Positions 19,851 through 29,041 of a stretch of 64,000 nucleotides of DNA are shown here, piece by piece (positions within the stretch are counted from its first letter, which is position 1; the number at the start of each line of letters is the position of its first letter). The translations under genes were made by a program, and so were the position numbers. The notes beneath the pieces were generated by a model, which had not been told where the DNA came from, did no database searches, and saw only the letters and a list, made by a program, of their open reading frames with translations. The DNA comes from Phycisphaerales bacterium (GTDB lineage: Bacteria; Planctomycetota; Phycisphaerae; UBA1845). The stretch is from the NCBI GenBank assembly GCA_020353195.1, contig CP070691.1, positions 3,498,362 through 3,562,361 on the forward strand, given 5' to 3'.

Positions 19851-21872
19851 ATGAGAGACGCGAAATCCGACATCCAGGTGCCGGAACCCGCCGTGTCGCC
19901 GGGCGATCGGGTCGAAGTCCCGGAGTACCTCGCCCAGCGGGAGCGGGCGCAGCGCCGGGACCGCCTGATTCAACTGGCGGCCGTGGTCCTTGCCCTGGCG
20001 GCGGTGGTGGCCGCCGGCTCGCTGCTGACCCCGCTGAACGCGATCCGCCGGGAGCGGCAACTGGTGATCGATCCGCAGACCGTGGGCACCCTTCCCCCGG
20101 ACATATCGCTCATGACCCAGACGGGGACGCTGCGGGCGCTGGCCATCGTCGTCGGGTTCGTCCGGGCGGAAGATCTCAAGGAGAAGGGGCGCTTCTTCGA
20201 GTTGATGCAGCTCTCGACCTGGCTGTGCAAGCTCGCCCCTCAGTTTGCGAGCGTCTGGGGGTTCGCCGCGTGGAACCAGTCCTACAACATCTCCGTGTGT
20301 GAATACACGGCCGAAGGACGTTGGCGCTGGGTGCTCAACGGGATCAAGCTGCTTCGGGACCACGGCCTTGTCTACAATCCCAAGTCGATCGGGCTGTACA
20401 AGGAGCTGGGCTTCATCTTCTGGCACAAGGTCGGCGACATCTCCGACGACCATCACTGGAACTACAAGAAGGAGCTGGCCGTGCAGATGGAGCGCGTCCT
20501 TGGTGCCAAGCCTGTGGCACTGACCGAGGACGAGGAGCTCGACCACTTCCGCCCTGTCGCCGCCGCTCCCCGGGATGTCGAAGGCCTCGTCGCCGGCGAT
20601 GCCCGGGTCGCCGACTTCGTGAACCGCCTCCGGGCGGTGGGCCTGGTTCCCGGCGCGTCGCTGCTGGAGTTTGTCGCCCGTTACCAGCGCCCGGAGGCGA
20701 ATGTCACCGCGCTGCGAAAGGAGGTCGACGATGAGTCCCGGGGGATCATCCAGCAACGCCTTGATGTCCTGAACGACGAATCGACTGCCGACGCCCGGGA
20801 TCGCCTGCTGGCCGCCCTCCGCGCGCGCGAGCTGCGGACCCAGTTCAAGATGGACCCCAAGTGGATGATGACCCTGATGGATAAATACGGGCCCATCGAC
20901 TGGCGGACCCCCTTCGCTCATGCCCTTTACTGGTCGAGCTACGGTGACAAGGTCACCAAAGGGCAGCTCAACCTCGACGCCGCCGACTCGATGAACACCG
21001 CCCGGTTCATCTTCTTCGCCCTCAACAACATGGTCCAGCGGGGCCGCTATATCGTTGAGCCTGACTGGGACAAGCCGAACGAGTCCTTCCTCAACGCCCT
21101 GCCGGATCTGCGGTTCATCGATCACCTGCACGAAGCCTACCTGGAAATCGGCGAGGAGCAGGACGGTAACGATCCCGAGTTCCGGCCCGGGACGTCCGGA
21201 CCCCGCTACTGGGTCGGGCACGTCAACTTCCTGACGAACGCGATCCGGCAGCTCTATTTCGAGGGCGACGCCAGGTCCGTCGCCAAGGCGAAACGCTACT
21301 TCCGATACCTGCGCGAGCACGACGTCGACCTGATCACCGGCAAGACGAAGCCACAGTACATGCAGTCGGTCGGGAGGTTCGTGTGGAGCACGCTGGACGA
21401 CGCGTTCGATTCGTCACGCGGGGCGACGCAAATCATCGGCGCCTTCGTCAACCGTTCACTCAAGGAGATCAGCCTGGGCAACGTCGAGGGATCGCGGGCG
21501 TTCATGGAGAAGGCTCACGAAGCCTACGAGGAGTACATGAAAGATCCGAGAACCGACCCGAACGACCGTCGACAATTCGAACCTCTGTCGCGCATCTATC
21601 GGGATCAGGTCGGCCTGTTCATGCGTTCGCCCGGCAACTCCACCTACCAGAAGATCCACCTCTGGAGCAGCCTCGACGTGAAGGTCAGACAGGACGTCTA
21701 TGACGATCTGCTGCCCTTTTTCACCGTGCTCTGCGAGGCCCATGATCCGCCCCTGGACGTGGACAAGGCGTTCCGGATCCCACCCGGCATGGACGACGCC
21801 CGTGACCGCGAACCGAAAGCCCGCGACCGCAAACGCGACGCCTCGGAAGGGGTCAGGGACTTCAGTCCATAA
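19851..21872 (+). CDS. Membrane-anchored protein of unknown function (about 670 aa, mostly helical)
   Basis: Single TM (LIQLAAVVLALAAVVAAGSLL) and coding-like codon usage throughout, with no domain I can name. The start is uncertain (19746 GTG, 19782 or 19851 ATG). Confidence 0.6.
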   Translation: MRDAKSDIQVPEPAVSPGDRVEVPEYLAQRERAQRRDRLIQLAAVVLALAAVVAAGSLLTPLNAIRRERQLVIDPQTVGTLPPDISLMTQTGTLRALAIVVGFVRAEDLKEKGRFFELMQLSTWLCKLAPQFASVWGFAAWNQSYNISVCEYTAEGRWRWVLNGIKLLRDHGLVYNPKSIGLYKELGFIFWHKVGDISDDHHWNYKKELAVQMERVLGAKPVALTEDEELDHFRPVAAAPRDVEGLVAGDARVADFVNRLRAVGLVPGASLLEFVARYQRPEANVTALRKEVDDESRGIIQQRLDVLNDESTADARDRLLAALRARELRTQFKMDPKWMMTLMDKYGPIDWRTPFAHALYWSSYGDKVTKGQLNLDAADSMNTARFIFFALNNMVQRGRYIVEPDWDKPNESFLNALPDLRFIDHLHEAYLEIGEEQDGNDPEFRPGTSGPRYWVGHVNFLTNAIRQLYFEGDARSVAKAKRYFRYLREHDVDLITGKTKPQYMQSVGRFVWSTLDDAFDSSRGATQIIGAFVNRSLKEISLGNVEGSRAFMEKAHEAYEEYMKDPRTDPNDRRQFEPLSRIYRDQVGLFMRSPGNSTYQKIHLWSSLDVKVRQDVYDDLLPFFTVLCEAHDPPLDVDKAFRIPPGMDDARDREPKARDRKRDASEGVRDFSP

Positions 21873-21996
21873 CACCGCGGGCCGGCACGGTTGCCGATAC
21901 GCGATCATACGGCCATAATCCGATTCCACTCGCGCGGGCCGGACCCGTCCGCATGGCGTACGTTCGCCCGCGTGACGGTGGCCTTGGAATCCAGCC

Positions 21997-23010
21997 GTGA
22001 AAGCGATGCTGCTCAAGAAACCGAGCCCGGTCGGCTCTCGACCGCTCAACCTTGACGAGGTCGACGATCCCGAACCGGGGCCGGGGCAGTTGCGGATCAA
22101 GGTGCACGTCTGCGGCGTCTGCCACACGGATCTGCACACCGTTGAGGGCGAGTTGGGTGAGCTGAGCCTGCCGGTCGTCCCCGGGCATCAGGTGGTCGGG
22201 ACGGTGGATGCGACCGGTGGCAGGGTCAAAGGCGTCAAGGTGGGCGATCGTGTGGGCGTGGCCTGGCTGTACAGAACCTGCGGCGCGTGCGACTTCTGCG
22301 CGCGGGGCGACGAGAACCTGTGCCCGGACGCCCGGTTCACCGGATACCACGTCAACGGCGGTTACGCCGAGTTTCTGACCGTTGATCACGAGTTCGCCTA
22401 CCGGCTGCCCCGTGGAATCAGTGACGAGAATATGGCACCGCTGCTGTGCGGCGGGATCATAGGATACCGGGCGCTGCGCCTGTCGGAGGTCAGACCCGGG
22501 GGTCGACTGGGGTTGTACGGCTTCGGCGCTTCCGCCCACATTGCGATGCAGATCGCGACCCATTGGAAGTGCCGGGTGTACGCCTTCTCGCGCGGCGAGT
22601 CGCGGCGGGTCCTGGCGGCCGATCTCGGCGCCGTCTGGACCGGTCGGCCGGACGAACCGCCGCCCGAGAAGCTCGATGCCGGCGTCGTCTTCGCGCCCGC
22701 AGGCCACATCGTTCCGCAGGCGTTGGAGCACCTGGACCGGGGGGGAACGCTGTCGCTGGCCGGCATCTACATGACCGAAATCCCTCCGCTCGACTATGAA
22801 CGGCACCTGTATTACGAGCGCACGCTGCGGAGCGTCACCGCCGCCACCCGCCGCGACGGGCGGGAGCTGGTCAAGCTCGCCGCCAAGGTCCCGATTCAAA
22901 CCACTGTCCAGGCGTATCCACTGCACGAGGCCAACCGCGCCCTTGACGACCTCAAGGAAGGGCGCGTCAACGGGGCGGCGGTTCTGAACGTGGCCGACGA
23001 CCCTGCGTGA
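21997..23010 (+). CDS. Zinc-dependent alcohol dehydrogenase (MDR family)
   Basis: Catalytic Zn ligands in GVCHTDLH and GHQVVGTV, a structural Zn cluster CGACDFCARGDENLC and a Rossmann segment GLYGFGASAH. Confidence 0.9.
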   Translation: MKAMLLKKPSPVGSRPLNLDEVDDPEPGPGQLRIKVHVCGVCHTDLHTVEGELGELSLPVVPGHQVVGTVDATGGRVKGVKVGDRVGVAWLYRTCGACDFCARGDENLCPDARFTGYHVNGGYAEFLTVDHEFAYRLPRGISDENMAPLLCGGIIGYRALRLSEVRPGGRLGLYGFGASAHIAMQIATHWKCRVYAFSRGESRRVLAADLGAVWTGRPDEPPPEKLDAGVVFAPAGHIVPQALEHLDRGGTLSLAGIYMTEIPPLDYERHLYYERTLRSVTAATRRDGRELVKLAAKVPIQTTVQAYPLHEANRALDDLKEGRVNGAAVLNVADDPA

Positions 23011-23059
23011 GTGTCACTTGAGGTTGGATATCACACCGGCGGTCAGACGGACGTCGGCG

Positions 23060-23530
23060 TCAGTAGATGAAGATCGGAATGCCCAGCAGGCACTCGGATT
23101 CGTGATCCACCAGAGACTGCTCGTCCGCGACGCAATCATCATGCATCTCGGCGATGCCCTCGACGTAGCGCTCACAGAGTTCTTCACGCAAGTCGGGGTT
23201 GAGCTGAGAAGCCTGTCTCCAGCAGAATGACGGCCAATAGAAACGCTCGCAGATGTACGAAAGCGTGTCCAGGTCACCTTGATGCTCTTCCAGCAGCTGG
23301 ATCAGCGGAGCGGGATCGAGATGGACTCCTTCCGGATCAGAATACTGACGGGCGGCGGCAATCTCCTCGTCAAGACTCGAAAGGTCACTCTCCTGCCCCA
23401 TGGCGACCGCGCCGGTCGCCTGCTGCTCCGACGCCGGTCTCGGCGTATTCGACATGAACGGCAGGCCGTCACAACCTGCGACGCAACCGATCACGCCCAG
23501 CAAGGCGATTCTGCCCGACACCATGTTCAT
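23060..23530 (-). CDS. Small putative lipoprotein, unknown function
   Basis: Signal plus lipobox-like LLGVIGCVAGC, an acidic Cys-containing mature part, and visibly lower GC than its neighbours. Confidence 0.5.
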   Translation of the reverse strand: MNMVSGRIALLGVIGCVAGCDGLPFMSNTPRPASEQQATGAVAMGQESDLSSLDEEIAAARQYSDPEGVHLDPAPLIQLLEEHQGDLDTLSYICERFYWPSFCWRQASQLNPDLREELCERYVEGIAEMHDDCVADEQSLVDHESECLLGIPIFIY

Positions 23531-23964
23531 GAGGCTGCTTCCATCCAATGACCAACCCGGTCGGCGCCTCCTGTACCTCGGGAAAGCCGGGCGGATCGGT
23601 GTCCGGGTGGCCGTCGGCGCGTCTGCCCCGTGTGCTCCTGCTCAGTCCCGTCGCGGAAGCTGCCGTCTCCGCGGCCATCATATTATTCCACAATTGGGCG
23701 CGATTTTCACGGGTCTGCCGGCCGCGCGAACGCGCCCGGCGGGCAGCCCGGGCCGTCACGGCTGGTCTGGCGTTCCCCGCGTGCCGGGCTTCGGGTTCCA
23801 ATTGTGGCGCTGGGGCATAGAATTGTGCGCCGGTTCCGGTGGGTGCGAGTGCGCCTGGCGGTGATTATCGGTTCCTGCCGCGTTCGGCCGGGGTGCCGGC
23901 GGGCTTGCGGCGGGACGGAGCCGGATCGGGGATGTGATGGCGAGGCAACTCAGGAGCACGGACC

Positions 23965-24804
23965 ATGCCATCTGATCAACTCGTGCTGTCGGTACTGGCG
24001 GCGGTTTTCCTGGGGGCGGCGAGCAATGCCGCCGTCCACCGGGCCAAGTACCCCCACGATCGATCGTCGCTGGCCCTTCAGTTTATGACCGTCGTGGCAT
24101 TGCTTCTCAATGTGAGCGTCCTCGGGATGCGGGCGCTGGCGGTCGAGGACATACGGCACGTGCTGGTTCACCGGTTCGACGTGACCTTAGTCTTCGCGGT
24201 GACGCTGACGGCGGTGGCGATCTACGCGCAGCATTTCAGCCCGATCCGCGGGCTGGACGGGTTCCTGTTGCCGGTGGCGACGCTGTTTCAAGTTTTCGCT
24301 TTCGTGCAGATGGGTGTGGACGAGCCGCTGCTTCAATACAACACGGCTTCGTGGTTTATCGTGCATCAGCTTTCGCTGCTTGCCGCCGGGACGTTTCTCG
24401 TTTGCGGCGGGGCCGGGGGCGCGGTCTATCTGGCCCTGTTACGCGCGCTGCGGCGCAAGCGACCGTCCCCGCTGTTCGGTCACCTGGCCCCGCTGGAAAC
24501 GTGGGAGCGCTTCGGCCGGTGGAACCTCGTGGTCGGTTTCATTCTGCTGACGTTCGGGATTCTGACCGGCATGTGCGAGGCGGCACAGTCCGTTCAGGCA
24601 GCCCAGGCCACGCGCGCCGACTGGACGACCGACAAGTTCATCGTTGCAAGCTTCGTGGTGTGGGCGCTGTATGCCCTGGGTATTGCCGCCTCGGTGTTCG
24701 TTCCCCGGTTCCGGGGACGACGGGCGGCCCAGTTGGCTCTGGGCACCGGCGCCTTGCTCGTGTTCATCGTGCTTGTCGTGGAACAGGTATCGAAAGTGCA
24801 CTGA
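23965..24804 (+). CDS. Cytochrome c assembly (CcsA/HemX-like) family membrane protein
   Basis: About 8 TM segments. The LAPLETWERFGRWNLVVGFILLTFGILTG segment resembles the CcsA/HemX family but lacks the Trp-rich WWD motif. Its stop abuts the hemA start. Confidence 0.65.
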   Translation: MPSDQLVLSVLAAVFLGAASNAAVHRAKYPHDRSSLALQFMTVVALLLNVSVLGMRALAVEDIRHVLVHRFDVTLVFAVTLTAVAIYAQHFSPIRGLDGFLLPVATLFQVFAFVQMGVDEPLLQYNTASWFIVHQLSLLAAGTFLVCGGAGGAVYLALLRALRRKRPSPLFGHLAPLETWERFGRWNLVVGFILLTFGILTGMCEAAQSVQAAQATRADWTTDKFIVASFVVWALYALGIAASVFVPRFRGRRAAQLALGTGALLVFIVLVVEQVSKVH

Positions 24805-26079
24805 ATGCGAACGTTCGTGATCGGATGCAACCATCGAACGGCTCCGCTCGAGGTCCGGGAGAAACTCGCCTTCGACGACAGCCGGTGTGCCGCCGCCCTG
24901 GGCGCGTTTCAGCGGGCCTATCCGGACGCCGAAACCGTCATCCTGTCCACCTGCAACCGAACCGAAGTGTATCTGGTCCGCCCCCTTCAGGCGCCTCCGC
25001 GACTGCACGAGGCCATCGAGTTTCTGGCCCGTCAGCAGAAGCTCGATTCCCGCGACTTCGCCTCGTCGCTGTATTACTACGAAGACAGCGAAGCGATCCG
25101 CCATCTGTTCCGCGTGGTTTCGTCGCTTGATTCGATGGTCATCGGGGAGTCGCAGATTCTCGGGCAGGCCAAGCACGCCTTCGCCCTGGCCCGCGGGCAA
25201 GGGGTGGTCAAATCCGCCATGGATGCCCTATTTCAGCATGCCTTCAACGTAGCCAAGCAGGTCCACTCGCAGACGGAGATATCCGCTGGACACGTCAGCG
25301 TGGGAAGTGTGGCCCTCGATTTCGCCCACCAGATCTTCACCCGCTTCGACGACAAGGTCGTGATGATGATCGGGGCGGGTGAGATGGGCGAGCTGACGCT
25401 CAAGCATCTGATTGACCACCATCCCCGGCGCGTCCTCGTGACGAATCGTACCGCTGCCCGTGCCGAGGACGTGGCCCGGCGCCTCGGCGTGCAAGCCAGA
25501 CCGTTCGAACGCCTGCTCGATCTGCTCGTCGAAGCGGACATCGTGCTTACGTCGACCGGGTCCCCGGAACCCATCGTGACCGCCGAGCTGTGCGCCGCGC
25601 TGCCGCAACGCCGCAAGTACCGCTCACTGCTCATGATCGACCTGGCCGTGCCCCGTGACATCGAGGAGGCCGTCGGCCGGCTGGACAACGTCTTCGTCTA
25701 CGACATCGATGACCTACAGCGGATTACCGAGAAGCACTGGGCTCAGCGCCGGTCCAACGTGCTCGAGGGCGAGCAGATCATTCAGGATCGAGTGGCCGAA
25801 TTCCTGCTCGAACGGGCCCGGCGCGACGTCGGGCCCGTCGTCACCGACCTGCGACGGCATTTCGAGCAAATCGCGCGGGGCGAACTGAAGTGGGTAACGC
25901 CGAAGCTCAAGGCGGTGTCGCAGAGGGACCGGGAGCTGATCGAACAAATGCTTAACCGGGTGATCAACAAGGTCCTGCACCGCCCGGTCAAAGCGTTGAA
26001 TGAGAAGGGCCAGGAAGGACGCAGCCGCGTCTACGCCGAGACCATCCGTCGCCTGTTCGGTTTGGAGCCCGACGAGTGA
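24805..26079 (+). CDS. hemA: Glutamyl-tRNA reductase
   Basis: STCNRTEVY active-site motif, ESQILGQ, NADPH-binding MMIGAGEMGE and full-length colinearity with HemA. Confidence 0.93.
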   Translation: MRTFVIGCNHRTAPLEVREKLAFDDSRCAAALGAFQRAYPDAETVILSTCNRTEVYLVRPLQAPPRLHEAIEFLARQQKLDSRDFASSLYYYEDSEAIRHLFRVVSSLDSMVIGESQILGQAKHAFALARGQGVVKSAMDALFQHAFNVAKQVHSQTEISAGHVSVGSVALDFAHQIFTRFDDKVVMMIGAGEMGELTLKHLIDHHPRRVLVTNRTAARAEDVARRLGVQARPFERLLDLLVEADIVLTSTGSPEPIVTAELCAALPQRRKYRSLLMIDLAVPRDIEEAVGRLDNVFVYDIDDLQRITEKHWAQRRSNVLEGEQIIQDRVAEFLLERARRDVGPVVTDLRRHFEQIARGELKWVTPKLKAVSQRDRELIEQMLNRVINKVLHRPVKALNEKGQEGRSRVYAETIRRLFGLEPDE

Positions 26080-26205
26080 CGGTCCGACCATATGCGAACG
26101 TCTGGAGCCGCAGCCCGTGCCGCCGGGGGCGTGCAGGATCACGTGCCGGCATGCGAGGCGACGGCGTGACGCGGCGGCTGGGACATCGATCGATCGCAAG
26201 GAGCG

Positions 26206-26988
26206 ATGACTGTGCGGTGGAGCATTCGCCGTGGACTGGTGCCGGGGCTGGCGGCCGCGGCGGCCCTGACCTGCGGGTGCGGGCCATCCCTTCGGCCCGT
26301 TGACCCTGCGAAACAGGTCCTGCAGGACCGGGGCCGTACCGCCCGCCAATCGTCCCGGCAGGCCGACGTCGTCGTACGTGCGGTGACCGTTCCGTGGAAG
26401 GCAAGCCAACCGACCGTCGCATTCCACCTCACCGTAACGAACAGATCGGGTTCCAGCTTGCTGTTTGACCTTGCCCGCGTGACGCTTGAGGATTCCGTGG
26501 GTCGCCTGCGCCATCCGATACCGCCGGAGAAGCTGGTCAGATCGCTCGCCAGGGCGCCGGTGGCTTCAGCGCCCAGGCCGATCGTGCTGCGGCGCCCCGT
26601 GCGCTATCGGGATCAAGGGCGGGCGCGCGCGGACCGGCGGTACAGCCCGTGCAATGGGTATCCGCAACCCCGCTACGCCCGTCGCGACCTGCTCAGCCCG
26701 CATCGCTCTTACCACGCATGGGGCCTGAGGACCACGTGCAAACCTGATCCATGCTTCGCGCGCCGCCGGGCCGCGGCGTTTCTCGCCCGGTTGCTCACAT
26801 CGCGGACACTGGCTGACGACGAGACCATCTCGGGTTATCTCGTCTTCTCCCATCTGCTCGAAACCGATGTCCAACTGGTGTTGTCGATCCCGGTCGTTGA
26901 GACTGCGCGCACCCGGCCGAGGGAAAAGCCGCCGGGCGCACGCGACGGGCATGAAACCTCGCTGCGCTTCAAGTTCGAGTTCGAGTGA
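26206..26988 (+). CDS. Putative lipoprotein, unknown function
   Basis: Signal with AALTCGC lipobox-like Cys. The Arg-rich middle region lowers confidence that the whole ORF is translated as drawn. Confidence 0.45.
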   Translation: MTVRWSIRRGLVPGLAAAAALTCGCGPSLRPVDPAKQVLQDRGRTARQSSRQADVVVRAVTVPWKASQPTVAFHLTVTNRSGSSLLFDLARVTLEDSVGRLRHPIPPEKLVRSLARAPVASAPRPIVLRRPVRYRDQGRARADRRYSPCNGYPQPRYARRDLLSPHRSYHAWGLRTTCKPDPCFARRRAAAFLARLLTSRTLADDETISGYLVFSHLLETDVQLVLSIPVVETARTRPREKPPGARDGHETSLRFKFEFE

Positions 26989-27027
26989 TTCGGGCCGATA
27001 CAGTCCGGACGAAACCGGCCGCGACCG

Positions 27028-28212
27028 TCAGCGAGCCGCCCGGTGGCGGTCGATGGAGCTTGGCAGCGGTCCGTCCAGGGCGGCCAGCAGTTCCGCGGTG
27101 ATCGTGTCGGCTACCAACAGCCCTTGCCGCGTGAGCGCGATCCGGTCCGGCGAAACTTGCAGCAACCCCTGCTCAGCGAACCGTCTCAATGTCTCAGTGC
27201 AAGCAGCGACGATGTCGACGCCGCAGCGCCGCCGCAGCGCCGACGGGTCCAGCCCCTCGATCAGCCGTAGCCCCAGCATCGTCATCTCGCCCGCCAGTGC
27301 CGTCCCCGCGAGTGTTTCGGACTCGGCTTCCGCTCGTCCTGCCCCGTCGACGCTGCGGATGTATTCTGTGATGTCGGCCACGTTGCGATACCGTCGCCCG
27401 TCGAGATAGCCGGCAGCCGACGGCCCCACGCCGATGTAGGGTTTGCCCTGCCAGTAGAGCATGTTGTGCTCGCACCGACCGCCCTCACGCGCGAAGTTGC
27501 TGATCTCGTAGTGCTCGAAGCCTGCCGCCGACAGCTGGTCGATTGCCTGCAGGTACATCTGAGCCTCCAACCGTTCGTCGCATGGTGTGACCGTGCCGCC
27601 GTCCATCAGCTCGGCCAACCGCGTTCCGGGCTCGTACGTCAGGCCGTAGCAGGAAACGTGGTCGACCCCGAGATCGACAGCTCGGCTCAGCGAGTCGCGC
27701 CAGCTTGCAGGCGTCTGCCCGGGAATCCCGAAAAGCAAGTCCAAGCTTACGCGTTGAATTCCGTTTCTCCGGATGATCTCGACGGCGCCCGCAGTCGCCG
27801 CTGCCTGATGGATGCGCCCCAGGATCCGCAACTCGCGATCCTGGAAGGATTGTGCCCCGAGCGAGACCCGGTTCACCCCGTGCCGGGCAAGGATCGCAAC
27901 CTTGGACGCAGTCAGGCTCTCCGGGTTCGCTTCGACGCTGAATTCACGCAGGCGGGCATCGGCCGCCCCCGCGGCGGTGCGAAGCAGATTGCCCAGATCA
28001 CCTTCTCCAAGGACGGTCGGAGTGCCCCCGCCGACGTAGATCGTGTCGGCCCGCCGGCGCGATTCCGACACACGGGACCGCAACTCCTCGATCACCCGGG
28101 CTATCAGGCCGGTCATGGCCGCGCCCCCCCCGGGCACCACTGACAAGAAGTCACAATAACCGCATTTGGCAGCGCAGAAAGGGACGTGGACGTACAGGCC
28201 GCAACTTCCCAT
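27028..28212 (-). CDS. hemW: Radical SAM heme chaperone HemW / oxygen-independent coproporphyrinogen oxidase-like protein
   Basis: GLYVHVPFCAAKCGYCDF (CxxxCxxC) at the N-terminus and a HemN_C-like tail. The start was chosen at ATG 28210-28212 because AAGGGAG lies 6 nt upstream. Confidence 0.85.
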   Translation of the reverse strand: MGSCGLYVHVPFCAAKCGYCDFLSVVPGGGAAMTGLIARVIEELRSRVSESRRRADTIYVGGGTPTVLGEGDLGNLLRTAAGAADARLREFSVEANPESLTASKVAILARHGVNRVSLGAQSFQDRELRILGRIHQAAATAGAVEIIRRNGIQRVSLDLLFGIPGQTPASWRDSLSRAVDLGVDHVSCYGLTYEPGTRLAELMDGGTVTPCDERLEAQMYLQAIDQLSAAGFEHYEISNFAREGGRCEHNMLYWQGKPYIGVGPSAAGYLDGRRYRNVADITEYIRSVDGAGRAEAESETLAGTALAGEMTMLGLRLIEGLDPSALRRRCGVDIVAACTETLRRFAEQGLLQVSPDRIALTRQGLLVADTITAELLAALDGPLPSSIDRHRAAR

Positions 28213-28403
28213 TGTCATCTCCCTTCGGTATGCTAGAATACACACAGATGGGAGGCGACGGCAACGTAGGGCCAGGGGCCTACCATGCTCCTCGGGGTGG
28301 CCCGGTAGGCGCCCGCGGCACCGGCGGCCGTCACGTCCGAGGCGCCGTTCGCTGCTCGGCACGTCGATTGGACTAGGTCTTGTACTGAAGGTGGCACAGC
28401 CGT

Positions 28404-28904
28404 ATGGAAGTCACGCTTGTCATGTTTCGCGAAACCGGAGACCGGCGCGATTTCGCCCTTTCCGGCGACACGGTGATTATCGGGCGGCAAGAGGCCTGCG
28501 GAATCCGTATTCCGTTGCCCGAGGTGTCCAGAAAGCACGTTGCCATCACCCAATCCGGCGCTAAGGTGATCGCCAAGGATCTCGGCAGCGCCAACGGCAC
28601 CTACGTGAACAACACGCGAGTGACGGAAACCACGCTTGAGCCGGGCGACCATCTGGTCGTCGGCCCGGTGGTCTTCACCGTGCAGATCAACGGTCAACCC
28701 GTGGACATCCGTCCCGTCAGAACCAGACTCCGGCGCCGCCAGGCTGCCCGACCGGATGTCGCCGCCTCGGCCCGCGATGCGAAGGCGGCCTCCGACATCC
28801 TCGGGCTGGAGGAGGGCGACGACGACCCCATCAGCGCCCTGGAGGCGCTGGCTTCGAGTGCCGATCAAACGGCCATCGATCCGTACGAGGAGGAGGAAGA
28901 GTAA
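28404..28904 (+). CDS. FHA domain-containing protein
   Basis: VIIGRQEACGIRIPLPEVSRKHVAI...GSANGTYVNNTRV matches the FHA core (G-R...S-x-x-H...N-G) and is followed by an acidic tail. Confidence 0.8.
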   Translation: MEVTLVMFRETGDRRDFALSGDTVIIGRQEACGIRIPLPEVSRKHVAITQSGAKVIAKDLGSANGTYVNNTRVTETTLEPGDHLVVGPVVFTVQINGQPVDIRPVRTRLRRRQAARPDVAASARDAKAASDILGLEEGDDDPISALEALASSADQTAIDPYEEEEE

Positions 28905-29041
28905 CCCGTGACGGTTCGATCCACGGGCATCGGCGCCGCGGCGCCGGTCCGGCATTGGCGGGGCGGGAATCCCTGATGTAAGCTGAACCGGTCGTCACCT
29001 GTGGGCGCGGAACTGCTCCGGCAGCAAGCGGCCGGGCGTCC

